Position numbers and translations under genes: made by a program. The notes beneath the pieces are model-generated. The model had not been told where the DNA came from and did not search any database. It saw only the letters and a program-made list of their open reading frames with translations. Positions 48,441 to 61,133 of a DNA stretch of 64,000 bases are shown here, one piece after another. The DNA is taken from the NCBI GenBank assembly GCA_964270895.1, contig OZ185436.1. One strand, given 5' to 3'. The DNA comes from Podarcis filfolensis (taxonomy: Eukaryota). Numbering within the stretch: position 1 is the first letter of the stretch; each line of letters starts with the position of its first letter.

Positions 48441-50147
48441 TCCAGAGGAGAGCCCTCAGATGAATTAAGCCCTCTTCATGAGGAGACCCTCCCCTGAAGA
48501 GGACATCAGTGAGGGCAGAACCCCAAAGAGACCAGAGGCGCAGCAGGACTTTGTTTAGGTTGCTCAGCCTCCCCACCTAACAGCTGGCATGCACGGTAGC
48601 GCAGCAACAGCAGCCATTTTCCCACTTGTCCTCCAGCGTCCAGCTGGCCCCGAGCTTTAATTCTGGTTGTGAATGTTTATGAATACAGTGTTTTGGGCAT
48701 GGATTGAAGAGAGAGTGGCAGAGAGGGTGTTTAGAGGTTGCTCCTCACTTGATGCAATTTCACTTATGTGTGTGGGGCCCCAGAACTTAACGCCTGTATA
48801 TCCAATTCTCCATTTCATGCAGAATGAAAAAAGCAATGTCCTCTATCCAACCAGGTCTGGATTGGAACCAGGGCTGTGAAGATGAAAACCTCTACATCTT
48901 TTTACCACTGTATCTTAACTGTCCAGTCTAGGCATCTTTTAGGGCTTTGTCTGTGGCTTAAAATGATTTCATAATATGAAAGCATGAATTAAAAGAAGGA
49001 ACCCGTTTAACAATAGAAGCACCTGCATCCTTTGCAATGCACAGTTTGTGGTAAGAAGGGGAAGAGAAATAGCTAAGTAATACTTTCATTGTTTAGCATT
49101 TTTAAAAACACATGCTTAAGAGGACGCTGAGAGCTCAGCGGAAGTTGCTAAAGAATAGAATTCTTGCTTAAAATAATGAGAGAGAAGCAAAACTTTCAAA
49201 TGAAAAGGGAAGTGGGGAAAAGATTTATGCTTCCAGGTATTAATCATCAAGCTCTGCCTACAATTCCCAGGCTTTTTGCTCATCATTAATCTCAGACTGG
49301 TTCTAATTTAACTGGACGGGCTGTCTTCCTGCCTAATAATGCAAGGCTCCATGGACCTTTCCAGGTGATCATCATTTTGCAGTGCAATGAATGTGCACTT
49401 GTTACAGCGCATATAAAAATGTCTTTCCCCCAACTAGCACCTGAGTTGTGGGGGAAATCAGGGTTTTCCAGCACTGAAACTGCTTTGCTTAAGAAACAGC
49501 ATTTTTCACCCCAGCAAGTGCATCTACTGTGACAAATGTTACACTGATGTTGAAGACTGCTTGTGCGTGGTGTTTATACCATCACAGACAGTAAGCAGTA
49601 AAATGCCCCTCATCTATGCCTGTCCCATCTTGTTTTCTTTTTCTTTAAAAAAGGGAATTCGAAAAAAACTTTAAATGCCATTTACTATTTCTACTGACAG
49701 TACAATCCTATGCCTTATCTTCACATTTGACTCAGGAGCCAGTCAGAATAAAACACCAAGAACAGATATCTCAGATTTTATATATTAAGAGACATGGAGC
49801 AACACCACTCCCTGTACCCACAGATCTGTGGGCATTCCAATGTATAGGTAGGGCCCTTGGCTGGAGTGGAGAGACTAGCTGTGGATTTTACATGCAGATC
49901 TGCCTACTGGTCTATGGAATAGGCTTGTTTATTCTCACTTGAATGGCACTTCCTCCCTCTCCGCCCCACCCTCCCGCTCTGGATCTGGCTTTGTCAAAGA
50001 GGTTTTCGTCGAATCGATAAAATGTCCAGGAAAAACCAGAGTATGACAAATAGGGTGAGGTGATTTTTTTAAAAGAGAAAAGCTGGTCAACAACTTTGCC
50101 CGGATTTTCACTTTGGGGAATATGGCAACCCTGACTGTGGGAGGGGA

Positions 50148-50306
50148 CAGTGGCGTAGCGTGGGTTGTCAGCACCCGGGGCAAGGCAAGTAATTTGCGCC
50201 CCCTAACCTGTGGATTTGCGCCCCCTAACCCGTGGATTTGCCCTAACCCCCAGGTGTTGCGCCCGGTGCGCCCGGCCCCCCCTGCACCCCCCACGCTACG
50301 CCACTG
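50148..50306. mobile_element. hAT-type MITE (same family as 46429-46611)
   Basis: Same TIRs; exact 8-bp TSD ggagggga. Confidence 0.9.
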
Positions 50307-51962
50307 GGAGGGGAGGGGGTTCAAGCCTCTTTCTATGGGGAGCTCTGGAGCTTGTGGCAGCAAGCATCAGTTGCTGTATTGATACGCACTGAGCCATAGG
50401 AGGATCTGATAGACAAGGTGCCGTGGGCTCTTCAAGGGAGTATGATCACCATGCATTAAGGTTTAGAGGTAATGTTTCCATGATGTCATCATGCATTCCT
50501 GCATCGGTAATTTGGGGGCAGTGTGCAGTGTTGTGATTGGTAGGTAATGGCACAGTTGCCAGGGATGCTGTGGGAGTGACTCTCAGCGTTGCTGCATTAT
50601 CTTATGTTCATACAGTATTGACATTGTTTACTATTTTTGGCTGCGTTAGCCAACATGGTGAGAGGCCTGGATTGTTTTCTATGTACTCCTCCCCCATCCT
50701 TCTAGATGTGAGACTGCTTAAGGATAACCTTGGGGAAATTGCAGGGAGTAAAATAAATGGAAGGCACTGGATTGGGAGAGGAAGCTAATGGAAAACATAA
50801 GAGACGGTGCTCTGTTCAGGAAGCAACAACCCATTGCAGTTACTGGCAACCTTAAGAGATGGTTTCCTATCACCCTGATTAGCTGCATTTAAACTGCTCA
50901 ATTGAGACCCTTCAAAGGATCAAGAGATGAAGGTTAATAGCAACCATTTCTGCCCCAGGAGAGAACAATTAGGTTTTCAGTGAAGATTTTCCATTCTTTT
51001 ATAAAGTTCAAATGGGAGGAGAGAGATGTAGGACAGAGGATGCATTAGGACTAGATCGAATTGTGTGGGTGGTGGTGAAATTAGAGGGAAGGTTGCTTAA
51101 ATTTCTGAAAGATAATGTTCTGCTGAGTGCAAGCCTGATCACCGAAGAGACCTTTATCCTATATTAAATGGGCAGACATCAGAACAGCCAAGCCTATTAC
51201 AGACTCCCAGCCCATAAATACACCTCTTGGAACTAAAATGCTGACATTTAATATGTTCTGCTCACCTCAGGTCCCCTATGCTGATATTCATTGACTTCTT
51301 AATTTTTTTTCTTTTGCTGTTTATGCTGTGACCCACACAATTAAGGTGGTTAGAGAGGCAGTACCACATGATACAGACTTTCCCCTAGACTTTCAGTAAT
51401 TTTTTATCTATGGAATGAGTGATAATTCTTTGCTATAACAGTGATTCTGTGTCTAGAGCCTTTATTGTGCATTAAGTAATATTCATTGAAGCAGAACAGT
51501 TATGTATATTTCTCAGTTAGGGTTCTGTACGCATTCAAAATTCAGAAGCAGGTGTGAAAGTTCATTATGACTAAGTCAATAGATTAACCATTCTGCATCT
51601 CAGGCCATATGCCGGCTTACTCAGGTGTAAGTCCCATTGAGTTCTGAGGTGGTTACTCACAAGTGTGCATAGGGCAGCATTTGAAAGCGGGGAGCCCCCA
51701 GATGTTGTCAGCTCCAGCCAGCATGATCAGGAATAATGGGAGTTGCAGTCCAGACACATCTGGAGAGCCACAGGTTAGTAGCCAAAATTGAAAGCTTTAG
51801 CTAAATAGTAGGTGGAGAACATTTGTTGGGGCTGAAGGTTAAAGGCAAACTTTGCTTCTCAAACTATTTTGGTTTGGGTCTGGCACTGTAACAGGAAAAA
51901 GTAAGATGCCCTTTCCTCCCAATAATGAATGGTAGTGTATGTTTATTAAAATAAGAATAAGA

Positions 51963-52190
51963 AAATTGTAGCGTTGCAGGGGACCCAAGCGTCATCTAGT
52001 CCAACCCCATGCAATGCAGGAATCTCAGCTAAAGCATCCATGACAGATTGTTATCCAGAATCCACCCCACCCCCCGGGAGTCTGTTCCACTGTCAAACAG
52101 TTCTTCCTGATGTTTAGTCAGAATCTGCTTTCTTGTAACTTGAAGCCATTGGTTCGGATCCTAGCCTCTGGAGCAGGAGAAAACAAGGAC
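51963..52190 (-). mobile_element. CR1 LINE 3' fragment
   Basis: gtcatctagtccaacccc tail and tctgttccactgtcaaac/ttgtaacttgaagccattgg body. Confidence 0.7.
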
Positions 52191-52695
52191 CAAGTTACAA
52201 TGAGTCTTGTGGTTTGCCATTAAGTGCAGGATTTTACTTTTAGAAATAGCCAGCACAGATCAGGAGAGGGGAAGATCTGGATCAGGACTGCAGCAGTGAG
52301 CAAAGGGTTAAGATCAGGGTTAAGATCAGGCCTCCATGCTGGGAAATCATGAAAGAAAGATTCTACACTGGGGCATACCCAATTTCACAACAGATTACAC
52401 TTTGCAATACACACTAAACCTTAATATTTACCACTTTCCTTAATATCTCAGAAAAACTCAAAATAAGTTTTGGCTTTCTTGTTTGTTTGTTTGTTTGTTT
52501 GTTTGTTTTTTAAATACCGGTAGTTATTTGATAAATAGAAGGTGACATGCTTAATCAACCAGAAGTTGGTGGACAGCTTTATTTAGAGGTTGATATCAAC
52601 CACTATCTAAATGAACAAGGAATCATAGGGTATTTCAGCTGCAGCTATGTGCCCTTGTTTCATAAGCATGAAATCTTATGGGTTTCATAAGCAGA

Positions 52696-53003
52696 TAAAG
52701 GTAAAGGTAAAGGGACCCCTGACCATTAGGTCCAGTCATGACTGACTCTGGGGTTGCGGCACTCGTCTCGCTTTATTGGCCGAGGGAACTGGCGTACAGC
52801 TTCCGGGTCATGTGGCCAGCATGACTAAGCCGCTTCTGGTGAACCAGAGCAGCGCACGGAAACACTGTTTACCTTCCCGCCGGAGCGGTACCTATTTATC
52901 TACTTGCACTGTGTGCTTTCGAAGTGCTAGGTTGGCTGGAGCTGGGACTGAACAACAGGAGCTCACTTCGTCGTGGGGATTCGAACCAGTGACCTTCTGA
53001 TTG
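52696..53003 (-). mobile_element. Sauria SINE, 5'-truncated
   Basis: ggtaaaggtaaagggacccctgacc tail and conserved body up to the B-box. Confidence 0.88.
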
Positions 53004-55142
53004 TTTCTGCAAATTCCATGGATCAGAAATAAGAAATGATAAATGAAAGGGGTTCTGGACTCAGAATCACTTCTGACAATCAAGTGCTTATGTCCAAAAA
53101 AACCAAAAAGCTTTCTCTTGCAAGTAAAGTAGTCTAGCATTGTAAGCAGTGCAACATAGAAAAAATGGACTTGAATGAAATTGTGACACAAAGTATCACA
53201 TGAATTGGATTTCTGTTTCAACTCACTTGATGAACATACACAATATGTATCACCATTCTTACTAGGTGGTATTAAAACCTGTCTGAAAGTGAAGGGGAAA
53301 TGGAAGTGTTATATCCTGCACCACTTTAATAACTCCACATCTGTGGCAAAAATGACCTGACCATTGGTGTATGTTATAGGCAACTGATTTTTGTCCCTTC
53401 TTCCTGCTTACCTTTTGTTTGTTTTTATTCCTGAATCAGAACATGGGCTTGACAACATATCGAATTTCCAGTCTCATAAAATTTGAGTACATTGGAAACT
53501 GAGTACAGCAAGTGACCAAAGCCCCATGTGGTGGCATGATATTCTATCATTAGGATGATGACACCAAATAAACATTAAATGGAATATCACCTGAGAGATG
53601 TTAAGACCCTACTTACCTTGTCTGGGCACAATGTGCTAATGACCTCACTGCTGTGATTAGTTACTGCTCTTCTATCACACTTCACATGTACTCATCTCTC
53701 TGTGAGGGAGGTCATTTTAAACGACAGTTTCCAGAGCAATCATTTTGCAAGCCAAGCATCTCAAGATCTTGATGTTCTTTCAAATCGTTGGTTATTTTAC
53801 CATTAGATCATGTGCACCGTAACAGTCTGAACAGCATGATTTACTGGAATAGAAGCAATTTAATGGAGACAAACAGATGGAATTGCTAAGATTCGTCCCT
53901 GTAACTTCTTTAAGTACCACGTCTTAAACATTTGCTGAGTTGGGTGTGCATGAAATACTACATGCTCCCCTTGAAGCTTATACGGAAATCGTCTGAAACA
54001 AAACCATTGCTTTGTGCAGAGAGGTAACCTAGTGCTGCAGGACTAAGGAGATCAGTGAGAGATATTAAGAATGTCAGTGCTAGATAAATTTAAAGAAAAA
54101 TAATAAGATGATGTGTTAATGCTTTTGGAAAGCTCAAGACAATCTCAGTAAAACTATAAAGGGAAAATATTCATTTGGTGTTGAGTCCAGTAATGCTGGG
54201 TTGATGAGAAAATGGGACAAAAAGATTGATCACAGAGATGGGCTAGTTGAGGAACATATTAGGGGCAAGGTGACCAGATGGTACAAGCTATGATATTAAA
54301 TGGAAGGCCTGAGAATTCGAAGGAGGATCAATAAATAACTCAACAAAGAGCTTGAGGCCATTGATCTGGCCTCATAATGAGAATGGAGTGTCAAAAGACC
54401 GCAAACATGAGTTTTTATATTTCATTGTGTATTAATAAATGGAAAAGGCAAAGACCAAGAAATATGTAGATTCTTGTGACTAAGGAGGCTTGCAAGTAAA
54501 ATTGGATGGCAAGCAAAAGCCGTGAATATTATGACATTATATGGCTGTTCCTAATGTAATTGCTGGACAGCTGAATAGGATAGATAGTGGTGGGTGGTGA
54601 TTAAAGAGGCAAAAGGTAACTTCAGCTGACCTGGAGGAAAAAGTGACAGTGATAGATTAGGCCTTCTGAGGAAATAGCGCAAGCTTTGTAAGTTGGAAGG
54701 TTTAAAATGAGAGTCTTACCCAGCATACGGCCTGCATAGCCAAGGTCTCTTTTGAGCCCAAGAACATACAATAAGAAAATAGACCTGTGGGGCAACCTAC
54801 ATTCATATCCCGGCTATCCTAACTTACCTGTACTGACTATCCTGAGGTTTTTTGACCCAACTCTAGAGCCTCCTTCAATTGCTGGGCACTGTCAACCTTT
54901 GTAACCCGACCTGCCCTTCTCTTGGTTCTTTTATGTGACAAACAATTCTAGTATCATACCAGAGGTTAAATGACCCAATCACTATATTTTACTATTGCGG
55001 GTTCCTATGTTCAGTTAGATTTGTCCACTGAGCGTTCATTCAAGGATCTGTTGGCTAAAAACAGGTACACTTGGAATCTAATCACCAGTGTGGGAGAGGC
55101 AATGCCTTGGATGGGGAGGGGATGGCTGTACTATTCCTGCAT

Positions 55143-55325
55143 GGAACATGGGAAGCTGCCTTATATTGAGTCAGACCATTGGCTGAGTAGTGTCTATACA
55201 ATGACTGGCAGTGGTCCTCCAGAATTTCAGACAGGGTGTCTTCCACCTAACCCTATCTGGAGATGCCGGGGATTGAACCTGGGACTTCCTGCATGCAAAG
55301 CAGATGCTCTGCTGTGGAGCCACCT
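55143..55325 (-). mobile_element. tRNA(Ala-like)-derived SINE with CR1-like tail
   Basis: Minus strand AGAGCATCTGCTTTGCATGCAGGAAGTCCCAGGTTCAATCCCCGGCATCTCCA head; related truncated copy at about 44730-44873. Confidence 0.65.
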
Positions 55326-58019
55326 ACCCCAGCTGATGAGGGTCATGCCTACAAGCATTTTGCAATCCTGTACGGGCTCGTCCACACTTCTGCTTGTCCC
55401 ATGCCTAGGAAGCATGGATCTGAGCACTTTTCTGCTTGTTCCATGCTTTCTAGGCATGGGTCTGAGCAGTTTGGCCTTTCCCTCACTGCTTTCCCCTGGA
55501 AAGCCTACTCTTTTGTGCTGAATCGGAACAAACAGAATCCAAAGAAAACCTGAGTGTCATTTGTGCCAATTCAGCACTAATGATTGGGTTTTCTGGGGGT
55601 TGGGTGGGCAGTGGGGCAAATGGAGGTGTGGATAAGTCCCATCTTTCTGCTTTTTTAGATGTGGAAGTCATTATGCCATGCTCACAGAGCAGACATTTTA
55701 TGGCTCACACCGACTGATCATTCTCAAAGTTCTATATGTGTCTACTGGTGGGAAACAGTTGGCAATCTCTGCTTTAAAGTATGCCCTCCTGGTTGCCCAG
55801 TCCCCTTTTCAGCCCTTGGCTGTTTTTTTGTGTCCTGTTCACAGTGCTCCAATGTCTCCTTCTGGGCCTGTTTTGGGATTTCCTCAGCAAATCTAATTTT
55901 TAATCTGCCGGCCTCCATTTGCATCATCCCAGTGTAGAAGGCTGCATCTAGTGCTAGAACTTTTAAAAAATCAACATGTTCTTATAAGTTGCCTTTCTGT
56001 AGAAACCTTTGCTTAAAGCAATTCATCAAAATAAAATAAGCAAGCAGAAGTAACAGCACAGCTGAAAACCAACAGCCCCAAAATTAAAACAGCTACCATA
56101 CAATAAAGAATGGTGTCAGGCTAGCAAATCCCACCCCTTTAAAACATGCAAGCTAAGCTTTGTTAAATATTGTTGACAATAGATTTGTTAGCAACAGGAA
56201 GACAAATTTGGGAAGAAGATGCAAGGCAAATATGCTCAAGCCAGTGAATTAGATTCCACTGATCTGACTGGTAGAACTGAGGGATATGCCGTTATGCCAT
56301 TCCTTCTTCTCAACCTTCCCAGGTCACCTTGAGGAAACCTACCTACAGCCACACACACTATCACAAAACCACCAAGAGAGCCAGCTAGGCCACGAGAAAG
56401 CCATGCCATCAAATCTGAGAAGCTTGGCTGGCTGGCTGCTGCTTTTTGGAGTCATCACCTGTGCCGCCCCCGGCATGATTATAAAGATGTGAAATTTAAT
56501 AAACATGAATTAAACATTAAACCTCCCTCCTCCGCTGGTACAATTTGTGCTCCTTCCCAATCAAATCTGTTTTGATTTGGGGCTATTATGGTGCAAAAAC
56601 CTGTAATTACCAAATGCTCAGAAATCAGCCTCTAGGGAGAGCTTATGTCCCCACCTGTCAGGCATAGCGGCAGGAATACAGACCGCAGTTTATATACTTT
56701 CCGGGGCATCTTTTCTTTTGAAAGCAAAGCCTGTTTGCTCATGGCTGTCATAAACCTCCAGACCACGCTTGTTAATAAGAGTAAATGAAGCTGCCCACGG
56801 GACATTGCACTGATGCTAGAACATGCTGAGGGTTTGCCAGTTAGTAAACAGGCTTTGAGGGAGTGCCTTGGAGTGAGAGGTGGCCTACAGCCAAAGCTCA
56901 GTCAGCTGAGTTGCTGTTTGTGGCCTGCACTGCTCTCGGCTCCCCACAGGATTTTCCTATTGTGTGTGAAGGTGTTTCTTTTTTCCTGCAGCTGGCCCCC
57001 CTGCCAGGCCGTAGGGGCCATTCATTTCCATCTAGAAATCTCTACAGCTGGCCTGCTGCCACCCCGGCAGGGGTTGCCTTGGATGCATATTCTCTTGTTT
57101 TGGAGCACTGTGAGCGAATACACTCATCTGACTCCCGCCTGGACTCGCGCATAGCCTGTGTGGCTGCAGTAAACAGAGCAGCGAGAGAATGGCAGCGAGG
57201 GAACGGAGCCCGGCCTGGCTCACAGACACTTACTTGCACACAGCTGAGAGGGCCAGCCAGTCCTCTGCACACATAGACACAAACAAGCCTGTGCTTCTGC
57301 AGCTGGAACGCAGTGGGTTGATCATTAACTCAGAGGCGGCAGTGGCGGCAGCAGCAGCGAGGCAGCTTAAACAAGTCGAGAAGTCCCCGGCTAATTAGCA
57401 GGTAAGAATTAAGAGGCAAAAAAGCCAAGGAGAGCTGACAGCAAGCGCTTTCCTGATGGAGGAGATGTCCTCCGAAAGGGCAGGGGCCAAGTCCTTGGAA
57501 TTGTGTGCGTCTCACAAAATCTCCCGGGCAGCCATTAATCAGGGACGGCTGTCTCTCCCTGCAAGGATGAGTGGGAAGGTTGCATAACCACATTCCAGAT
57601 CCTGCACATTTACTGACTTCTGCGGGGAAGAGCAGGTGCCTGTCACAGGAGGCGGTAAAAGGGAAAGCTGCTTTTTCCATAGTTTTTAGAGAACCAATAT
57701 ATTTGCCACCTTTTTTTTTTTCTTTCTGGCAGCATCCCTGAGCATTTAACAGCTGCATGGCAAGTAGGGATTCTACAGGTGCGGTTGAGTTGTGAGAAGC
57801 ATCATCTGTTTTTAATCTCCCCCTCCCAATTATTAACAGTACAGAAGCCCTGCTTGGGAAAAGGAACAACCTGAACTGGGTGGCAGCAGGACTCCTTCAG
57901 CAGGTACAGAAAGGGACTGTGGATGATGCAAGCTCCTGCCTGCCTGGTTTCTGTGTGGTGTTTGTACATGTTCAGAAAGTCCCTGCTGGGACTGTACCAC
58001 TTCAGAGTGAAGGTGAGGG

Positions 58020-58273
58020 GTGGCATCTTTCCGCAGGGCCTGCAAGACAGAGCTGTTCTGCCTGGCCTCTGGTTTAGACTCAGTCTGACCCTTATGTTTC
58101 CATCCCTTTATGGTTTTGATTTATGGGCTACTATTAAAATGAGGCTGCTTTTTAAATTGTATTTTAACCCGTATTTTAATTAACTCCCCCCCCATTATGT
58201 TTTATTGTAATTTTATTGGTGTTAGCCACCCTGAGCCCAGTTCTGGCCGGGAAGGGCGGGGTATAAATAAAAA

Positions 58274-58323
<50 letters not shown>
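58020..58323 (+). mobile_element. L2-like LINE 3' end with (TAT)n tail
   Basis: FRRACKTELF-like terminal coding remnant, then agccaccctgag...gggcggggtataaataaa and a (TAT)n microsatellite at about 58275-58323. Confidence 0.7.
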
Positions 58324-58326
<3 letters not shown>

Positions 58327-60532
58327 CTTTCCAGCAGCATGGAAAAATAGTATCTGTAAGAGAAGGCTACATTCAGAGACCCAGACACGGTAGAGTTTTG
58401 CAGGCAGGTGAGAGCACTCTGTCATGGAATTCTCTGAAATGGCATGTCCCAAAAGAGTCATACCACATGCTTTTTCTGAAAATGCAGATAGGTTCTTCTA
58501 TTCGGCCCAACACAGAGTACTCAGCTTACTGTCATTATTCAGTGCTGTCACTTGTTTGCATTGGGCCTTCTCTCCCTCATTTTTGCCATATGTTGTTTGG
58601 AAAATTTGGGAGTTCTATAAAGCAGGCTGTCTCTCAGGTATATGTAGGGCCAGTGACTTGCCCAAAATAACAGACCAGTTCAGCAGGAAAGGTAGTATGA
58701 GTTCTTCCCTATTGACTAGCTTTTCATCCGCCTCCAGTACTGTCAAAGTTATGCACTTTCAAGTCCATGTAGAAGCCTTCAGCCAAAGAATGGCCTGGTT
58801 AGTTCAGATCAGTAAGTGAAATTCAGCTTCCCAACATCGTTTTGCCCTTTGCTGCCCTCCCTATAGGGTTGCCATGTCACAATGTTCTGTTTTCACTGTC
58901 AGAGGCAGTATGCCTCTGAATACCAGTTACTGTTGTGCTCATAGCCATCTGGGCCTTTGGCCTGATCCAGCATCACTCTTAGTGCTACAGTGACAGTAGA
59001 AGCCACAGCTGAATGCAACAAGGATGAAGTTCTTTGTGTCCAGATTCTGGACCCAACAGCTCCTGTTTCACTGACCCAGAGTCTACCAGAACCATCATTA
59101 TCTTTTCACTTTCTGTACCTGTTGTCTTTACATCAAATGAGAAATTTTGGCCCCGGCCTACTGTTCTCCTTATCTTCCTTCATTCTTCCTGTCCCATCAC
59201 TTACAGTTTCCTCATGTGTAGGAAAGAGATGTCATTAGCTTCTTGAACCTTCTGTGGAGAGACTGCCATGAATCCTAATGAAAAGAAAAAAACAGTTCTT
59301 CTTACAAACATTTTAAGAGTACAACTCCAGATTCCTACAAAAAAGAAGATCTCATAGTCTCCTCTCCAAAGGCCTCTTTGGCAGTCATCAAAATTACGGT
59401 ATATCAGACATTTATGCAACTTGTAAACAAGCTCAAATTCAGTCACTTAATTCCACAACTAGATAGTTAAAATTCCTGCAGCATGTTCAAAATTTTCACT
59501 GTAATTTTCTTGTTTAGCCCAGAATGCTTTGATTTGCTTGATAACCCCCCTCTGTTCATTCTTCTTCCTCTTCTTCTTCAGCACACATCATGTGGCCTCC
59601 TCAGGCCCAGCATTTGACGATTGCTTCAAAATCAATAGATGTTCCAGGGGAAAACAAACTCTTCCATACTGTGATGAGAGCTGACACAGGTTCAACTGTT
59701 GTTTCTCTTGAAGAACTTCTTCCAAGGGTCTTGCCTTGTGATTCTGGTTGGAACATTTTGTCCGTGCCTCTCTTGCTTTCACTTTGAAACAAGCCTTCTA
59801 GAGAGTTCAGGGAAGAAGCTATCAGTTTCATTTCCTTCAATTTTCTGCCAGCAGGAAAGAAATAAGAGAAAGGGAGGAGGCATGCTTCTTTCAATAAACA
59901 AGTGTTCCCCACTCTTTCTGTAACAAATGGCACATATTTTAAAATCAACCTCTTTCACCCTCAGAAATGTATTTCAGAAGGTCTGCTGCAAAGTTTGTAG
60001 AACTGAAGGAGGGGCAACCCTTGTATACTGGGGTTAAAATCCTTAGTAGCAAAAATATTATATTTTCAGATATTTGGACGCATGAGTCTCTTCAGACAAA
60101 AGGCACAATCAAATTAAGCAATATCAGACTTGTAGATGTGATAATTCCTAACACACTGTGTGCTGGAGGAGTCCATATAGTGGCAGTGTTTGCACACTGC
60201 TTTAAAAAAAGAGTCAAACTTAGGTATGGTTTAAAGGTGACTGTGCAGCATGCTGGTACACAGAGCAGAAACTTGTGGTTGTTCACCCCTCCCCTCCCCT
60301 GCTCCAGCTGCTCTTGTGCTGCCAAGATGGGCTTATTGTTTGTCTCCCCCAAAGAGTGGAACAAACCTAGGTTATGTTCTTGTGTTTTTTTGAGAGACAC
60401 AAGACACAAGCCTAGGTTCAGACAGCACAGCAGGAGCAGGGGAAGAGTGAAGTGATTGTGATTTTCACCCCATGCAGCAGCACGCAGCACATTCACCTTT
60501 CAGTCACAGTTGAGCTTAACTATGGTTTAAAG

Positions 60533-60668
60533 CAGGCATAGGCAAACTCGGCCCTCCAGATGTTTTGGGACTACAATTCCCATCATCCCTGACCACTGGT
60601 CCTGTTAGCTAGGGATGATGGGAGTTGTAGGCCAAAAACATCTAGAGGGCCGAGTTTGCCTATGCCTG
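60533..60668. mobile_element. hAT-type fold-back MITE
   Basis: Long inverted arms CAGGCATAGGCAAACTCGGCCCT ... AGGGCCGAGTTTGCCTATGCCTG; 7/8 TSD (g/c)tttaaag. Confidence 0.9.
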
Positions 60669-60990
60669 CTTTAAAGTGAAGCCAGCATTCCCCAGAAATG
60701 CATCATTATTAATCCTTCCAGCTACAGCTAAACCTCTGCATCAACTATAAGGCAAAAATGGCTGGCATCAAAACAGAAGGAATATTCAAGTGACTTAAAA
60801 AACAACAACCCCAAAAACAATAGGGTGAAAGCCTAGGGTGATAATGGAAAATAAAGGGGACTGTGTTTTGCCATCTGCCTTCATTACTATAGGAATATGT
60901 CTACCAAGTCTGGCACCAACCTGTTTTGAAAGCTGATAGTATTAGTCACATATGTTGTCTTGTCTTATTATAGTGATGAGGATTATGCTA

Positions 60991-61133
60991 CAGCAAATGT
61001 GGGGAACCTCTTGCACTCTAGATATTGCTGAACTTCAACTCCCATCATTCCTGGCCATTGGCCATGCTTGCTGGGGCTGGTGGGAGTTGTATTTCAGCTA
61101 CATCTGAAGTGCCAAAGATTCCCACCTGTGCTG
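60991..61133. mobile_element. Diverged fold-back MITE
   Basis: Imperfect inverted arms around a caactcccatc...gggagttg core like the 60533 family; no clear TSD. Confidence 0.55.

Noticed and set aside
54050-54450. Possible highly decayed RTE-like LINE fragment
   Set aside because: Only vague motif hints; I could not reconstruct a convincing frame or termini.
58197-58670. 157-aa ORF with a poly-Leu run (and antisense poly-Ile)
   Set aside because: Translation of the (TAT)n tail of an L2-like element.
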